The notes under the pieces were generated by a model. It worked only from the letters and a program-made list of their open reading frames with translations. It did not search any database and was not told the DNA's origin. The position numbers and the translations under genes were made by a program. From Pseudomonadota bacterium (lineage in GTDB: Bacteria > Pseudomonadota > Gammaproteobacteria > Steroidobacterales > Steroidobacteraceae): 64,000 nt of DNA. Each line of letters starts with the position of its first letter. Positions within the stretch are counted from its first letter, which is position 1. Shown here piece by piece: positions 62,832 to 64,000 of this stretch. The DNA lies in NCBI GenBank assembly GCA_947454465.1, contig CANGJP010000005.1, positions 1,565 through 65,564 on the forward strand, read 5' to 3'.

Positions 62832-64000
62832 TAGTTTTTCACCGGCGCTTTAAAAGGGTCATTGTAGTACTGAGCACCAATGTCTATCCATTCAGATATT
62901 AACTTTAGCTCACCTGGCGTTAGCATCGGGCCGGTGCCATTTGAATGGTATGGATTGTTTGGGCTGAATTGACTAAAAAATCGTGAGTGGGCCGCGTCAC
63001 CCGCCATGATAGGTGGGGTAGTCGCTCCATCATGTTGAACCACCAATTGCTGATAGGAAGTGGCCCGCAGGCCTGTGGAAGTGGTTCGACGAAGATCTAG
63101 ATGGCCCGCAGGAATTCCGGATTGATCAATATTTTGCGGGCTGTGGCAGGCTAAACAGTTATCGTTGGTGTCACTTATGATTTGTCCGTTTTGGTTTATA
63201 TCCCCGAAGCCAATTAGTTGTCGTTCCCAGATAGTCTGAATATGGTCTAGGTAATTTATGGTAACGCGGCACAGGCTCGTCCAAACATTGAGGCATGCTG
63301 TGCTGGTCGGTGCGAGCGTACGCAAGCCCCGTGTAGGAATTTGGGTGTCTTGGTAAGGAAGCGTAAAATCGCCTGATCGTGCCGATGTGGGTATTACTTT
63401 TGAGTCTGCGGTCCCTTCTGGCCACACATTCGAGAACGCGATGTTCACGCTTGGTGTGATGGAAGCGCAGTTTTCATTGCTGCAACTCCAGGCGGCCCGT
63501 GCCCGTGCCATCGTTTCTCCGACCTTTGAGGCCGTGAAGTTGTGATTGGCATGAGTAAAGGCGCCGGCGCTATTCGCGCCTGAATACACGGAGTTAAATA
63601 ATCCATTCCGGCCATGCGAAAAGCCGCTTTCACCCGTTGGAGTATTCGTGCGCACTGTATGGCAGCCGTTACATTGAACGGTTTCACCAGGGCGCAGTGA
63701 TAACCATGCATTGTGTCGTGGAAAATTACTGATGCGCCTGCCGTTGGTGTCAACGACAGCAATCTGGAAGGCGACGTTTGCCGGTATTTTCACCCTAACC
63801 GAGCCGTCTGGTTCAATAGGAATATAGCCTAATATTTCACGCATGGAGTTGGTGACGCCAAACGCATCAGGGTCGACCTTGCGAATAGTGGAGGCAGGTA
63901 AGGAAACGGCTTTTTCAATGCGTAGAAAACGTGCCGGACGATTGGTGTAGCAGCTATTGGTGATGTCGGCAGTGGCGCTGATGCTGCAGCCGTTGCTGGT
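62831..64000 (-). CDS. large secreted CxxCH-containing (c-type heme-binding-like) protein, N-terminus beyond window
   Basis: My hand translation shows the frame stays open upstream of the ORF-track Met (63844) to nt 64000 (...NSCYTNRPARFLRIEKAVSLPASTIRKVDPDAFGVTNSMREILGY...). Two CxxCH motifs (CNGCH, CLACH). C-terminal LTPGELKLISEWIDIGAQYY. Confidence 0.7.
   Translation of the reverse strand, partial: TSNGCSISATADITNSCYTNRPARFLRIEKAVSLPASTIRKVDPDAFGVTNSMREILGYIPIEPDGSVRVKIPANVAFQIAVVDTNGRRISNFPRHNAWLSLRPGETVQCNGCHTVRTNTPTGESGFSHGRNGLFNSVYSGANSAGAFTHANHNFTASKVGETMARARAAWSCSNENCASITPSVNIAFSNVWPEGTADSKVIPTSARSGDFTLPYQDTQIPTRGLRTLAPTSTACLNVWTSLCRVTINYLDHIQTIWERQLIGFGDINQNGQIISDTNDNCLACHSPQNIDQSGIPAGHLDLRRTTSTGLRATSYQQLVVQHDGATTPPIMAGDAAHSRFFSQFSPNNPYHSNGTGPMLTPGELKLISEWIDIGAQYYNDPFKAPVKN

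Overview
This window is mostly a conserved gammaproteobacterial core-chromosome stretch of about 60 housekeeping genes. Runs include infB-rbfA-truB-rpsO-pnp, dksA-gluQ, smc-zipA-ligA, trpS-scpA-scpB-rluB, ubiG/gyrA, serC-serA-pheA-hisC-aroA-cmk-rpsA-ihfB-lapA-lapB, galU, dsbA, pssA, rimI and prfC. The organism uses SMC-ScpAB rather than MukBEF. I found no rRNA, tRNA, CRISPR array, transposase or integrase. The one clear accessory element is an AT-rich ~2.4-kb unit at 52.06-54.45 kb. It encodes a complete type II restriction-modification pair: an HTH-fused C5-cytosine methyltransferase convergent with a small endonuclease. This unit is bounded like an integron gene cassette. It has a ~108-nt attC-like site with canonical R''-L''...L'-R' boxes at one end. 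At the other end is a 9-nt sequence perfectly complementary to that attC's own R''. No integrase lies in the window. Secondary observations: (1) a ~26-nt repeat family forming a 26-bp long-range inverted repeat upstream of galU, with a further copy abutting the attC; (2) a DksA with a ~180-aa Lys/Ala/Pro-rich N-terminal extension and a two-Cys finger; (3) an RluB homologue whose catalytic GRLD motif is replaced; (4) at the right edge, a translationally coupled operon of a large CxxCH-containing protein plus two small outer-membrane beta-barrel proteins. All coordinates for motifs and adjusted start codons were derived by hand from the printed sequence. No database search was possible.
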